64,000 bases of DNA from an uncultured Candidatus Saccharibacteria bacterium (GTDB taxonomy: Bacteria > Patescibacteriota > UBA1384 > UBA12157 > JAENIV01): contig CAYSSM010000001.1 in the NCBI GenBank assembly GCA_964433905.1, positions 60,246 through 124,245 on the forward strand, in the 5' to 3' direction. The notes under the pieces are model-generated. The model ran no database searches. It saw only the letters and a list, made by a program, of their open reading frames with translations, and was not told where the DNA came from. A program made the position numbers and the translations under genes. Positions 26,448-36,318 of this stretch are shown in pieces; within the stretch, counting starts at the first letter, position 1, and every line of letters begins with the position of its first letter.

Positions 26448-27722
26448 TTAATAATTCTCGTAGGATCGCATTAACAACTGTGCCTGTATTTGTCTCATTG
26501 TTTCTATTATAACAGAAACCATAATTAAAATACCAGTGCCACCAATTACTAAAGTATTTATCTTAGTAATTGCCTGGATAATAAACGGCAAAACAGCAAT
26601 AACTCCAAGGAATAAGGCACCGGTAAGATTAATTCGAGAGATAATTCTTGCCAGATAAGATGAAGTTTCCCCTCCGGGTCTGACACCAGGGATAAAACCG
26701 CCTTGTTTTTGCAGATTTTCTGAGATTTGATTGGGTTTTAAAACAATCCCAGTATAAAAGAAGGTGAACAAGATAACTAATATAAAGTAGAAAATTCCAT
26801 AAAACAAATTGTTATTAAACAAATTAGCAACCCATGTAGAAGCGGAAGCGAGCCACTCTGAACGAGCCTGAGTCAAGACTTTAGCCGCTACCCCAGGAAA
26901 GATCATGATCGACATGGCAAAGATAATTGGGATGACCCCAGCGGTATTTACTCTGATTGGAAGATAAGAGTCAACTCCGCCGTACGATTTCATGCCGCGA
27001 ATGCGCCTGGCGTATGATACGGGTATTTGGCGCCGACCCTCATTAACAATAATAATTAAAATAACTACAGCAATAGCAATGAGCCCAAATAAGGCTAGAC
27101 TAATAATTTTAGTCGTATCCATAACTGCCAGCGTATTTCTTACTTGGGCAGGTACACTGGCAATTATTCCTAAGGCAATAATCAACGAGATACCGTTACC
27201 GATGCCATTTTCAGAAATTAATTCTCCAATCCACATCAGCAAGATCGTGCCGGCGGTAATCGAAAGTAACATTACCGCTAATTGGAGCGGCGTCCATGAA
27301 AACAATATCCCTTGACTTTTAAGCAAAGTTAACATGCTAAAAGATTGGATCAGTGCTAACGGCACGGTGATAATTCTCGTCCAGTAATTAATTTTTTTCT
27401 GACCTGATTCACCTTCCTTTCGAAGTTCTTCCAATGAAGGAATCACCATGGTCAAAAGCTGAACAATAATCGTGGCGGTAATATACGGTCCGACACCCAT
27501 CATAATAATCGAAAAATTTTCCATCGAACCGCCGGAAAACATATTTAATAAACCAAAAATTTGGTTTCTCGAGAAAAAAGTTCTCAAAGCTTCAATATCA
27601 ACACCGGGCAGAGGAATATGAGCTAAAACTCTCGTAATAACCATTAGACTAATAGTATAGAGAATCTTTTTTCTTAGATCAGGCAGGGTAAAAACTTGAT
27701 TAATTGTTTGCCAAATACGCAT
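26448..27722 (-). CDS. secY: Preprotein translocase subunit SecY.
   Basis: 10-TM SecY pattern. Position between rplO and (normally) adk. Confidence 0.9.
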   Translation of the reverse strand: MRIWQTINQVFTLPDLRKKILYTISLMVITRVLAHIPLPGVDIEALRTFFSRNQIFGLLNMFSGGSMENFSIIMMGVGPYITATIIVQLLTMVIPSLEELRKEGESGQKKINYWTRIITVPLALIQSFSMLTLLKSQGILFSWTPLQLAVMLLSITAGTILLMWIGELISENGIGNGISLIIALGIIASVPAQVRNTLAVMDTTKIISLALFGLIAIAVVILIIIVNEGRRQIPVSYARRIRGMKSYGGVDSYLPIRVNTAGVIPIIFAMSIMIFPGVAAKVLTQARSEWLASASTWVANLFNNNLFYGIFYFILVILFTFFYTGIVLKPNQISENLQKQGGFIPGVRPGGETSSYLARIISRINLTGALFLGVIAVLPFIIQAITKINTLVIGGTGILIMVSVIIETMRQIQAQLLMRSYENY

Positions 27723-27828
27723 AAAATATCATTTAACTTAAAATATAAACCTTTATGGGTTCTATTTTATTCTATCATTTGAGTCGAATTAGTCAACTAA
27801 GCAGATTGTTTATAAGAACCTGCTGTTA

Positions 27829-28275
27829 TCAACGAAGACTTTTCTTTTTTACGAGTTTTATTTTTTCAATTTTCGCATCGCGTATTTTTTTAACTAACGA
27901 GATCTCCCTAAAAATATAGTTTTTGGTTGGCTTTATGTCGGTTACAATCTTTACTGCCAAAGTCTTATTTTTAATTAATCCTTTTTCGAAAAGAGCTTTT
28001 ATGTCAATCTTACTACCTGGTTTAAATTTACTTTCAATAACGGAAATTTTAATTATTTCCGGTTTTTGCTGACGGCTGGCAAAGCCTTTTTTCTTGGGCG
28101 ATCTTTGAATTAACGCCATCTGCCCACCTTCAAATCGACGGGGAATATTATAACCAGAACGCGATTTTTGGCCTTTAGTTCCACGACCAGAGGTTTTACC
28201 TCGGCCACTACCCAAACCACGACCTACGCGTTTATTTTGCGTGATAGTTGTTTTTATCTTTTCATTTAGTTTCAT
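27829..28275 (-). CDS. rplO: Ribosomal protein L15.
   Basis: [27 protein letters not shown] chose the start at M15, where AAGGA precedes with a 5-nt spacer. Confidence 0.85.
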   Translation of the reverse strand: MKLNEKIKTTITQNKRVGRGLGSGRGKTSGRGTKGQKSRSGYNIPRRFEGGQMALIQRSPKKKGFASRQQKPEIIKISVIESKFKPGSKIDIKALFEKGLIKNKTLAVKIVTDIKPTKNYIFREISLVKKIRDAKIEKIKLVKKKSLR

Positions 28276-28771
28276 TTTCATCCTTTTTGAGTGCTGACAA
28301 TTTTTTAAAAGCTTCAATCACCGCAATACTGTTGTTGATTTTATTGGCAGTACCCAATATTTTTCCGACAATATTTCTGATCCCTGCCAGTTCACAAACA
28401 ACTCTAACGGCGCCGCCAGCAATAATCGATGTGCCAGGCCTCGCCGGTTTTAAAATGATATGAGCAGCACCGATTTTTATTTCAATCTTATACGGTATAG
28501 TTTCGTTAGTGATAGGCACATCAATCATGTTTTTTTGCGCCACACGGGTCGCTTTAGTGACAGCATTAGCCACTTCAGTTGCTTTTCCAACGCCAATTCC
28601 CACGCGACCAGCTCGATTACCAATAATCACTAATACCCTGAATCTGATTCTTTTTCCACCGCGAACAGTACGCGAAATTCTGTCTACCTGTAAAACTTTT
28701 TTTTCGTTTTCAGTTGAGCCTTCTTCTCCGCCTCCAACTTTGTTGTAACGATTAGTATTTTGATATGTCAT
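28262..28771 (-). CDS. rpsE: Ribosomal protein S5.
   Basis: S5 dsRBD plus a C-terminal domain pattern. rplO follows directly with no L30 gene between. Confidence 0.9.
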   Translation of the reverse strand: MTYQNTNRYNKVGGGEEGSTENEKKVLQVDRISRTVRGGKRIRFRVLVIIGNRAGRVGIGVGKATEVANAVTKATRVAQKNMIDVPITNETIPYKIEIKIGAAHIILKPARPGTSIIAGGAVRVVCELAGIRNIVGKILGTANKINNSIAVIEAFKKLSALKKDENETK

Positions 28772-29086
28772 TTAAAACTCCAAACCAGCTTTTCTTAAAT
28801 CTTCAGCTATTTTTTGTACTCTGCCATGATATTGATAACCGCTGCGGTCAAAAACAATTTTCTTTATATTTTTTTTGAGTAATTTTTGAGTCAGTTCTTG
28901 AGCTGGATCTTTAGATTTTAAAGTCGATGCCGAAGCGATCGTCATACCTTTACTATCATCGATTACCTGTAAATAAAGGTTGTTGTTTGAACGAAAAACC
29001 GACAACCTCGGCCGCACGGTTATACCAGTTAATTTCCCTCTAATTCTTTTTTTACGATTGATTCTATTATCCATTTTTTTCCTCAT
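28772..29086 (-). CDS. rplR: Ribosomal protein L18.
   Basis: ..RPRLSVFRSNNNLYLQVIDD.. Confidence 0.9.
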   Translation of the reverse strand: MRKKMDNRINRKKRIRGKLTGITVRPRLSVFRSNNNLYLQVIDDSKGMTIASASTLKSKDPAQELTQKLLKKNIKKIVFDRSGYQYHGRVQKIAEDLRKAGLEF

Positions 29087-29637
29087 TGGGCGGTGCCCAA
29101 GGCTGCTTTGGCAGCTTTACCAGGCTTTCTTCTTGGTATTTCGTCAATATATTTTATGCCTTTGCCCTTGTACGGTTCAACCGGACGGACGCGACGAATA
29201 TTCGCTGCAGCTTGACCAACTTTTTGATTATCAATTCCTGAAACGGTAATAATGTTTTTTTCAACTTTAAATTCAATACCTTCGGGAGCAACTTGCTCAA
29301 CCGTATGTGAAAAACCTACATTCAAAATCAGTTTATTTCCTTGGACTTCAGCACGGTAACCTACGCCTTTAAACTCTAACTTTTTTTGAAAGCCGATGCT
29401 TACGCCAGTTACAATATTAAATATCAACTTTCTAAATAGTCCATGGAGCGCTTTAGAAAACTTGTCATTTCTTGCTCTACTGACTGCGATTTCTAAACCT
29501 TCGATTTTTACAGCGACATTCTTGGGAAATTTTAAAGACAGCTCGCCCAAGGGACCCTTGGCCCTTACTTCATCGTTATTTATTGTAACTTGAGTATTCT
29601 CCGGAATGATAATTTTTCTTTGACCAATTTTTGACAT
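29083..29637 (-). CDS. rplF: Ribosomal protein L6.
   Basis: L6 two-domain pattern; position. Confidence 0.9.
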   Translation of the reverse strand: MSKIGQRKIIIPENTQVTINNDEVRAKGPLGELSLKFPKNVAVKIEGLEIAVSRARNDKFSKALHGLFRKLIFNIVTGVSIGFQKKLEFKGVGYRAEVQGNKLILNVGFSHTVEQVAPEGIEFKVEKNIITVSGIDNQKVGQAAANIRRVRPVEPYKGKGIKYIDEIPRRKPGKAAKAALGTAQ

Positions 29638-30015
29638 TTAATTTACCTCGGCAATAACTTCCCCGCCCAAGCCTTTTTTTCTGGCATCTTCGCCATTCAT
29701 CAGACCTTGAGAGGTAGAAATAATAATAATTCCTCGCGACCCTTTCAAAAGCGGAATACGGCTTGATGTGGCATAATATCTTCGGCCGGGTCGACTTATT
29801 CTTCTTATACCATTTAATTTGTTAATATCTCGAAGTTTAATCTCAATATATGTAAATTTATCAATTTTATTTTCCTTAAAATCGTCAACATAACCGTGTT
29901 CCTTTAAAATAGAAAGTATTCCCATTTTTAATTTTGAAAATTGGACGGTCAGTTTTTTCTGATCGGCATTTTTGGCATTTAATATATTAGTAAACATTTG
30001 AGCGATTGGATCCAA
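29638..30015 (-). CDS. rpsH: Ribosomal protein S8.
   Basis: MDPIAQMFTNILNA.. Confidence 0.9.
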   Translation of the reverse strand: MDPIAQMFTNILNAKNADQKKLTVQFSKLKMGILSILKEHGYVDDFKENKIDKFTYIEIKLRDINKLNGIRRISRPGRRYYATSSRIPLLKGSRGIIIISTSQGLMNGEDARKKGLGGEVIAEVN

Positions 30016-30028
30016 GATTACTCCTTTC

Positions 30029-30214
30029 TTACCAAGAAGATTTTGTTATACCCGGTATTTGTCCCTTTGCCGCCATTTCACGAAAACAGATACGGCAGAT
30101 ACCAAACTTGCGCAGGTATCCGCGTCTTCGACCACAACGAATACATCGTCGGACAACACGGGTTGAATATTTAGGTTTCTTTTTTGCACGCATGATTTGC
30201 GAAACTTTAGCCAA
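30029..30214 (-). CDS. rpsN: Ribosomal protein S14, type Z (zinc-binding, 61 aa).
   Basis: [23 protein letters not shown] (CxxC..CxxC). Confidence 0.9.
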   Translation of the reverse strand: MAKVSQIMRAKKKPKYSTRVVRRCIRCGRRRGYLRKFGICRICFREMAAKGQIPGITKSSW

Positions 30215-30767
30215 CTTTACTCCTTACCGGGGCTTTTTTAAAAGGAAAACCCCATGCTTTAAATAATTTTTGACCTAAATTGGAATCTCTAACATTGGTT
30301 ACTATTGTCAGAGACATTCCGAATAAAACTTCTGATTTATCGTAGGAAATTTCCGGAAAAACAATTTGCTCGCTAATTCCTAAGGTAAAATTACCATTTT
30401 TATCAAAACTTTTTTGATCAAGCCCACGAAAATCACGCACACGCGGCAAAACAATATCCGCAAGTTTAGTAATAAAATCAATCATTTTTCTTCCGCGCAA
30501 GGTTACCGTTAAGCCTACCTGGTCATTTTGACGAATTTTAAAACCGGAAACGGCTTTTCTGGCAGTTCTAATTGCCGGTTTTTGACCGGTAATCACCTTC
30601 AATCCGTCGGTAACTATTTCTAAAAATTTCGGATTAGTTTTTGTCGCACCGATACCCACATTAACAACGGTTTTCAATATTTTAGGCATTGCCATAACAT
30701 TTTTTATGCCAATATTCTGGCTTAATTTTTTGTTAACTTCGATTAATTTTTTATCCATTTGTGTCAA
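30207..30767 (-). CDS. rplE: Ribosomal protein L5.
   Basis: L5 family; position. Confidence 0.9.
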   Translation of the reverse strand: MTQMDKKLIEVNKKLSQNIGIKNVMAMPKILKTVVNVGIGATKTNPKFLEIVTDGLKVITGQKPAIRTARKAVSGFKIRQNDQVGLTVTLRGRKMIDFITKLADIVLPRVRDFRGLDQKSFDKNGNFTLGISEQIVFPEISYDKSEVLFGMSLTIVTNVRDSNLGQKLFKAWGFPFKKAPVRSKVG

Positions 30768-31077
30768 GACCTTCTTTGCATTTACGGCAAATTCTCATTT
30801 TTTGATTATTGGTAATTTTATAACCGGCTCGGACGGGCTTTCCGCAACTTGGGCAAATAATAATAATATTAGATACGTCCATAGGGGTAATTTTGTCGAT
30901 AATGCCACCGTGGGGATTTTTCTTTGACGGTTTTAAGTGATGTTTGGCAATATTGGTACCGGTAACTACAACTTTATTTTCTTTAGGAAGCACTCTCTCA
31001 ACCATGCCTCTTTTGCCGTAATCTTTACCGGCAATAACCATAACATTGTCACCTTTTTTTATCTTTAACTTATTCAT
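30751..31077 (-). CDS. rplX: Ribosomal protein L24 with a C-terminal C4 zinc-ribbon extension.
   Basis: KOW motif IKKGDNVMVIAGKDYGKRG. The C-terminus carries CPSCGKPVRAG..(13 aa)..CRKCKEG. Confidence 0.85.
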   Translation of the reverse strand: MNKLKIKKGDNVMVIAGKDYGKRGMVERVLPKENKVVVTGTNIAKHHLKPSKKNPHGGIIDKITPMDVSNIIIICPSCGKPVRAGYKITNNQKMRICRKCKEGLDTNG

Positions 31078-31445
31078 TAAAGCACCTCCAAAGCCATTGA
31101 AATAATGCGACCAAAGCCCAAATCTTTTAATTCTTTCCCAACAGGTCCGAATATTCGGCTGCCACGCGGTGTTTTATCGGGATTTATCAATACAACCGCA
31201 TTATCATCAAATCTTACACTGGTCCCGTCAGGTCGTTTTATGGGTTTTCTTAAGCGAACGATCACGCCACGGATAACTTCTTTCTTTTTAACTTGAGTAT
31301 GCGCTGTGGCAGATTTAACCGAGCCAATTATAATATTACCAATCGTAGCCGCCGCCGCTTTGCCACCGCCAACAACACGAATAACCATTACTTCCCTGGC
31401 GCCTGAATTGTCTGCAACATTTAAGCGGGTGTAACTTTGAATCAT
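31077..31445 (-). CDS. rplN: Ribosomal protein L14.
   Basis: MIQSYTRLNVADNSGAREVMVIRV. Confidence 0.9.
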   Translation of the reverse strand: MIQSYTRLNVADNSGAREVMVIRVVGGGKAAAATIGNIIIGSVKSATAHTQVKKKEVIRGVIVRLRKPIKRPDGTSVRFDDNAVVLINPDKTPRGSRIFGPVGKELKDLGFGRIISMALEVL

Positions 31446-31684
31446 ATGGCCTCTTTAATATTAATAACTTTCCATGATTTACACTTACTTATCGGTCGCG
31501 TTGATACAATCGTTACAATTTGACCTTTTTTGACATCTTTTTGGGTATCAACTAAAAATTTCTGTGATTTAATATAACTTTTTCGATACATTGGATGAAT
31601 TTTTTTATAATCGATATTAATTAGAACGCTTTTATCAAGACTGTCGCGCAAGGCAACACCAATTAATTTGGTTATTTTAGACAT
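31442..31684 (-). CDS. rpsQ: Ribosomal protein S17.
   Basis: S17 OB fold; ..STRPISKCKSWKVI.. Confidence 0.9.
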   Translation of the reverse strand: MSKITKLIGVALRDSLDKSVLINIDYKKIHPMYRKSYIKSQKFLVDTQKDVKKGQIVTIVSTRPISKCKSWKVINIKEAI

Positions 31685-31901
31685 TTTTCTCCTTAATTTC
31701 TGACATCGCTTTTTCAGTTAAAATTGACCAAACTCGGGCAATTTTTTTTTGCTGAAAATTTATTTCTCGATAATTTTTCAACTTATTAAAACTCGATTTG
31801 AATTTTAATTCAGTCAATAATTTTTGCGAATCATGCAATTCTTTAATCAATAATTTACTATCTTTGGTTCTTAATTCTTTAAGTAAAATTTGTTTTTTCA
31901 T
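31677..31901 (-). CDS. rpmC: Ribosomal protein L29.
   Basis: L29 helical pattern ..[14 protein letters not shown].. Confidence 0.85.
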   Translation of the reverse strand: MKKQILLKELRTKDSKLLIKELHDSQKLLTELKFKSSFNKLKNYREINFQQKKIARVWSILTEKAMSEIKEKNV

Positions 31902-32308
31902 TTTTTCCTCGTTATAAACCGGCTGGGAACACTAAGTTTGTGGGCGCCAAGACGCAAGGCCTCGCGGGCAATTTCTTCGGACACTCCATCCATTTCAAAA
32001 ATAATCCGACCGGGTAAAACCACTGCGACAAAATGATCTAAGCTTCCTTTGCCGCCACCCATACCACTTTCTGCTGCTGTTTTGGTAATTGGTTTATCAG
32101 GAAAAATTCTTACCCAAACTTTACCACCTCGCTTAATATAGTGAGTGATAGCGCGACGAGCGGCTTCGATCTGGCGAGCTGAAACCCATGCTCTTCCCAG
32201 AGATTTAATGCCGAAACTGCCAAAAGACAGAACTGAACCTCTGGCAGTAACTCCGCGCATTTTTCCGCGACAAATTTTTCTATGCTTTAATTTTCTTGGA
32301 ACTAACAT
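31898..32308 (-). CDS. rplP: Ribosomal protein L16.
   Basis: L16 family; position. Confidence 0.9.
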   Translation of the reverse strand: MLVPRKLKHRKICRGKMRGVTARGSVLSFGSFGIKSLGRAWVSARQIEAARRAITHYIKRGGKVWVRIFPDKPITKTAAESGMGGGKGSLDHFVAVVLPGRIIFEMDGVSEEIAREALRLGAHKLSVPSRFITRKK

Positions 32309-32317
32309 ATATTACCT

Positions 32318-32986
32318 TTACAAACTTTCGATTATATCACCTTTATATATCCATACTTTTACACCAATGATGCCGTAGGTAGTTAAAGCGTCAACTTGAG
32401 CATAATCAATATCTGCCCTAAGTCGACCTAAAGGTATCGATCCATTACCATAATGTTCACGACGAGCGATTTCCGCCCCGCCTAATCGACCGGCGATAAC
32501 AACCTTAACACCCAAGGCTCTTTTTTCCATAACTTTGGCAATCGTCTGCTTGATGGCTCTTTTGTAAGCAATTCTTCGCTCGATTTGATGAACAATTTGT
32601 TGAGCCACTATTTCAGCCGATAATTCTCCGTTCTTAATTTCCATGATTTCAATTTCAATTTTTTTATTTGCTAAACCGGTCTTATTATTTCTTATTTGAA
32701 GACAATTTTTTAATAAATACGTTTTAATCTCGTTAATTCCTTGACCACTGCGGCCAATTAAAATACCCGGTTTTGAGCTATAAATAGCAACTTTTATGGC
32801 ATCTTGATCGCGCGATAATTCTATTTTTGCAACTCCGGCGTTTTTGCCGAATCTTTTGCCAAGCAGGGTTCTAATCTCAATATCTTCAGCTAAATTTTTA
32901 GCAAAGCTCCTGGGGGCAAACCATTTTGACTGCCAATTTTTATTTAGTTGTAAGCGAAAGCCAATCGGGTTTACTTTATGACCCAT
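32318..32986 (-). CDS. rpsC: Ribosomal protein S3.
   Basis: MGHKVNPIGFRLQL... is the canonical S3 N-terminus, so I chose M9 of the ORF-track ORF as the start. Confidence 0.85.
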   Translation of the reverse strand: MGHKVNPIGFRLQLNKNWQSKWFAPRSFAKNLAEDIEIRTLLGKRFGKNAGVAKIELSRDQDAIKVAIYSSKPGILIGRSGQGINEIKTYLLKNCLQIRNNKTGLANKKIEIEIMEIKNGELSAEIVAQQIVHQIERRIAYKRAIKQTIAKVMEKRALGVKVVIAGRLGGAEIARREHYGNGSIPLGRLRADIDYAQVDALTTYGIIGVKVWIYKGDIIESL

Positions 32987-33551
32987 TTTTACCTCTTTTT
33001 TTATTTTCAAAAGGCTGAATACCTCGTAGCCCTTCGGTCTGAGACCTCAGGATCGAAGACTTGCTACGAGGATGAAGCCTATTTGGAAACAAACTTGCCC
33101 CATCGGGGATACTCCGCCGCTTGCTGCGGAGTAGTTTATTTTCGTTTGAAAATATTATTGTTGCGTGCGATGATCGTTTTAAGATTGCGGTGGCCCGACC
33201 TCGATGAATCATGCGACGGCGTTTTAATTTTGGCCCTTCGTTAATCATTATTGACTTAATATAGATGGGGCCGTCAAGATTATATTTATTTTTAGCAATG
33301 TCGATCCCATTCTTGATGACCGAAATCAACGGTTTAGCGGCAAGCTTAAAAGAAAAAGTCAAAATATCAACTGCTTTTTCCGCTTCCTGGCCGATAACTA
33401 AATGTGCCACTAAGCTCATTTTATCGGGAGTCGTTCTAATAAAACGATCGCGGACAACTATTTCCTGAATTTTTTCAGATTTCTTGTTATCGAATTTAAC
33501 TTTATCTATTTTTTGCGTATCGTTTACTTTTACTTTTTCCACAATTGCCAT
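32976..33551 (-). CDS. rplV: Ribosomal protein L22 with a ~50-aa basic C-terminal extension encoded by a GC-rich hairpin repeat (copy C of the new family).
   Basis: The L22 domain spans about aa 28-140. The frame then runs through 33131-32976 without a stop and ends 11 nt inside rpsC. Confidence 0.8.
   Translation of the reverse strand: MAIVEKVKVNDTQKIDKVKFDNKKSEKIQEIVVRDRFIRTTPDKMSLVAHLVIGQEAEKAVDILTFSFKLAAKPLISVIKNGIDIAKNKYNLDGPIYIKSIMINEGPKLKRRRMIHRGRATAILKRSSHATIIFSNENKLLRSKRRSIPDGASLFPNRLHPRSKSSILRSQTEGLRGIQPFENKKRGKNGS
33016..33137 (-). repeat. Hairpin repeat family, copy C (minus orientation), inside the rplV 3' end.
   Basis: Its reverse complement reads AAACTACTCCGCAGCAAGCGGCGGAGTATCC..GCAAGTTTGTTTCCAAATAGG..TCCTCGTAGCAAG-(23-nt insert)-CTACGAGGTATTC. 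It aligns with 51451-51545. Confidence 0.7.
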
Positions 33552-33904
33552 TATTTTGCTCCACTTTCAGCTTTAGGTTTTTCTTCTTTGGAAGCTTTAA
33601 CTGCTTGAGCCTCTTTAGCCACTACTGCTTGCTCTTCTTCTTTCGCCATACGACCACCGTGTCGAATGAATTTTCTTGTTGGTGAAAATTCACCTAATTT
33701 ATGACCGACCATATCCTCAATTATTAATACGGGGATATGTTCGCGGCCATTATGAACTCCGATTTTGTGACCGACCATTTCGGGAGAAATAACTGAACTT
33801 CTAGCCCAAGTTTTAATAATTTGCCCGTCACCGGCTTTCAGATTCTTAATTTTTTTGATTAGATTTTCATCAATATACGGACCTTTTTTTAGCGATCTAC
33901 TCAT
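33551..33904 (-). CDS. rpsS: Ribosomal protein S19 with a Lys/Glu/Ala-rich C-terminal tail.
   Basis: [15 protein letters not shown].. is canonical S19; there is an extra ~25 aa at the C-terminus. Confidence 0.9.
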   Translation of the reverse strand: MSRSLKKGPYIDENLIKKIKNLKAGDGQIIKTWARSSVISPEMVGHKIGVHNGREHIPVLIIEDMVGHKLGEFSPTRKFIRHGGRMAKEEEQAVVAKEAQAVKASKEEKPKAESGAK

Positions 33905-34728
33905 TTCTTTCTCCTTGATATAATCATACTCTTCGAATATTTATTTTTTTTGCGGGTTCTGACCCCTAAAGCATGCTTGCCCCATGGGGTTTTCGGATAT
34001 TTTAAGCCAATCGGATTATTACCTTCGCCACCGCCATGAGGATGTGCGGCTGGATGCATCGCTTTACCTCTAACAGACGGTCTGATTCCCATGTGTCGTT
34101 TACGGCCGGCTTTTCCAATTCTTTGTGCCGAATGAGTGATATTTGAAACTTGACCGACAGAGGCAAAACACTCGGCGTTAATTTTTCTAATTTCATCAGA
34201 CGGCATTTTCAGATTTACAAATTTTTCCTCTTTGGCCACAATTGTAGCAAAAGCACCAGCTGAACGCACCATCTTGCCGCCTTGAGTAGGCTTAATTTCG
34301 ATATCAAATATTCTGATACCATTAGGAATATTCTTAAGTTTTAAGCGATTGCCTATTTTAATTTCGGTCTTGTCGGCAGAGATAATCTCATCTTTAACTT
34401 TTGCCCCTTCCCACGCCAGAATATATTTTTTAATTTTGCCATCAAACTTTACTAAAGCAATAAAAGAAGATCTGTAAGGATCATACTCGATGCTTTCGAT
34501 AATTGCTGACGTATCCATAATTTCGTTTAAATTGGAAATTATTCGATACTGCTTTTTTTCACCGCCGCCCTGATGGCGAACGCTAATTTGGCCAGTTCTA
34601 TCGCGCCCGGCATGACTTTTCAACTTCAAAATCAGGCTTTTTTCAGGCCTTTTCTTGGTCAAAACCGAGTAGTCGGTAACTGACATTTTTCTCCGAGATT
34701 GAGTTGTAGGTTTGAAAAATTTAAGCAT
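33901..34728 (-). CDS. rplB: Ribosomal protein L2.
   Basis: L2 family; position. Confidence 0.9.
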   Translation of the reverse strand: MLKFFKPTTQSRRKMSVTDYSVLTKKRPEKSLILKLKSHAGRDRTGQISVRHQGGGEKKQYRIISNLNEIMDTSAIIESIEYDPYRSSFIALVKFDGKIKKYILAWEGAKVKDEIISADKTEIKIGNRLKLKNIPNGIRIFDIEIKPTQGGKMVRSAGAFATIVAKEEKFVNLKMPSDEIRKINAECFASVGQVSNITHSAQRIGKAGRKRHMGIRPSVRGKAMHPAAHPHGGGEGNNPIGLKYPKTPWGKHALGVRTRKKNKYSKSMIISRRKK

Positions 34729-35007
34729 TTATTTTTCTTCAAATCCGGGTATTTTTTGTCCTTTTTTAAGAGTGATAACCGCTTTTTTATATGATTTTAT
34801 TTTTGCGGCAAATTTACCCTTTACTAATTTGCTTGTCGGCTTTACTTTAATAATATTTACTTTTGTAACATCAACTTTATAAATATTCATAATTTCTTCG
34901 GCAACTTGAACTTTGTTAGCTTTGATATCGACAACAAAGACATATTTACCGACAGTATTCCCGGTCATTGATTTTTCTGAGATTAAGGGTTTAATTAATA
35001 TTTGCAT
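34729..35007 (-). CDS. rplW: Ribosomal protein L23.
   Basis: I chose the start at MQILIKPLISEKS (canonical L23 N-terminus), which removes the overlap with rplD. Confidence 0.85.
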   Translation of the reverse strand: MQILIKPLISEKSMTGNTVGKYVFVVDIKANKVQVAEEIMNIYKVDVTKVNIIKVKPTSKLVKGKFAAKIKSYKKAVITLKKGQKIPGFEEK

Positions 35008-35644
35008 TTTTAACCTTAAATAGTTTTTCGATGGCTTCAATGCCTTTTACATCTGTCAATAAATAATCAAATTGAAGTAAATCTTTAGTGTTTAAACCGC
35101 TGGGTTGGATTACTTTTAGATAAGGGATATTTTCGCAAGAAAGCATAACATTGACATTTATTTTATCTATCAGTATCAAAATTGTTCCCTCTTCGATCGG
35201 CAGTTTTTCTATAAATTTTTGAATTTGCGCCGTGCTGATTTTGGGCATTTCGATTTTTGGTACAACGATTAACTTTTTTTCAGCTATTTTTTGGGATAAA
35301 GCTATTTTTAATGAAAGATTAGACATCTTTCGGGAAATTCTAAGATGGTAATTTTGGCTTTTTCGCGGACCAAAAGTTACCCCTCCGCCACGCCATAAAG
35401 GTGATCGGATCGATCCGGCTCTAGCGTTACCGGTGCCTTTTTGCCTGAAAGGTTTGCGGCCACCGCCGGAAACATCGCCACGATTTTTAGTATGAGCAGT
35501 CGACCGGCGGTGATTTGATTCATAAATTCTTAAAACCTGCGCTAACAAATTTGGGTTATCTTTAACGGAAAAAATATCCGAAGAAACATCCAAATTACTA
35601 TTATCTTTACCGGCAGCAGAATATATTTTAAGCTTCATTTTCAC
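34991..35644 (-). CDS. rplD: Ribosomal protein L4.
   Basis: ..GGGRKPFRQKGTGNARAGSIRSPLWRGGGVTFGP.. Confidence 0.9.
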   Translation of the reverse strand: MKMKLKIYSAAGKDNSNLDVSSDIFSVKDNPNLLAQVLRIYESNHRRSTAHTKNRGDVSGGGRKPFRQKGTGNARAGSIRSPLWRGGGVTFGPRKSQNYHLRISRKMSNLSLKIALSQKIAEKKLIVVPKIEMPKISTAQIQKFIEKLPIEEGTILILIDKINVNVMLSCENIPYLKVIQPSGLNTKDLLQFDYLLTDVKGIEAIEKLFKVKNANIN

Positions 35645-36236
35645 TCCACATCATAACGGGACTGTTATTTGCCCCAGGAACGGCTCCGGATAAAATCATT
35701 ATCTTTTTTTCTAAATCTATTTTAACTATCGGCAATTTTTTGACAGTAATTTTGACCGCGCCTTGATGGCCGGCCATTCGTTTGCCCTTGAAAACCCTTT
35801 GAGCGTCAGTTGAGCCAATCGAACCGGGCTGGCGATAATTGTTCGAGCCATGGGTTTTCGGCCCGGTATGAAAGCCGTGACGCTTAACTGTGCCGGAAAA
35901 ACCTTTTCCCTTAGAAATTCCGGTAACATTGATATTTTCACCTTCATGAAACTGCTCTAAAGTGATTTTATCGCCAATTTGATATTCTTTATCCGAGATT
36001 ACCTCAAATACCTTGTTAGGCTTAATATTTAATTTATCAAATCGGCCGGCTTCGGGTTTGTTCAAACGTTTTTTGCTGAAAGCGCCTATTTGAACCGCTT
36101 TGTAACCGTGTTTTTCTTGGTTTTTCAAATCGGTGACAACATTGTCTTTTACTTCAACCAAAGTAACCGCTACAGCCGCGCCAGCTTTATCAAATATTCT
36201 TGTCATACCAATTTTTTTACCATAAATCGCTTTCAT
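35628..36236 (-). CDS. rplC: Ribosomal protein L3.
   Basis: I chose the start at MKAIYGKKIGMTRIFD (M9 of the track ORF), where AAAGGGG precedes as a possible SD. Confidence 0.85.
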   Translation of the reverse strand: MKAIYGKKIGMTRIFDKAGAAVAVTLVEVKDNVVTDLKNQEKHGYKAVQIGAFSKKRLNKPEAGRFDKLNIKPNKVFEVISDKEYQIGDKITLEQFHEGENINVTGISKGKGFSGTVKRHGFHTGPKTHGSNNYRQPGSIGSTDAQRVFKGKRMAGHQGAVKITVKKLPIVKIDLEKKIMILSGAVPGANNSPVMMWSENEA

Positions 36237-36318
36237 TAAAACCCCTTTGCCCGGAAACATTCTCCTTAAAGAATATTATCCTGACCGCCGTTTATATAGA
36301 TTATCTTAATTATATAAT

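Noticed and set aside
26322-26511. Possible CRISPR array, suggested by identical direct repeats.
   Set aside because: There are only two copies, the repeats are 67 bp long and derive from the secY coding end, and there is no regular repeat-spacer periodicity. It is not a CRISPR.
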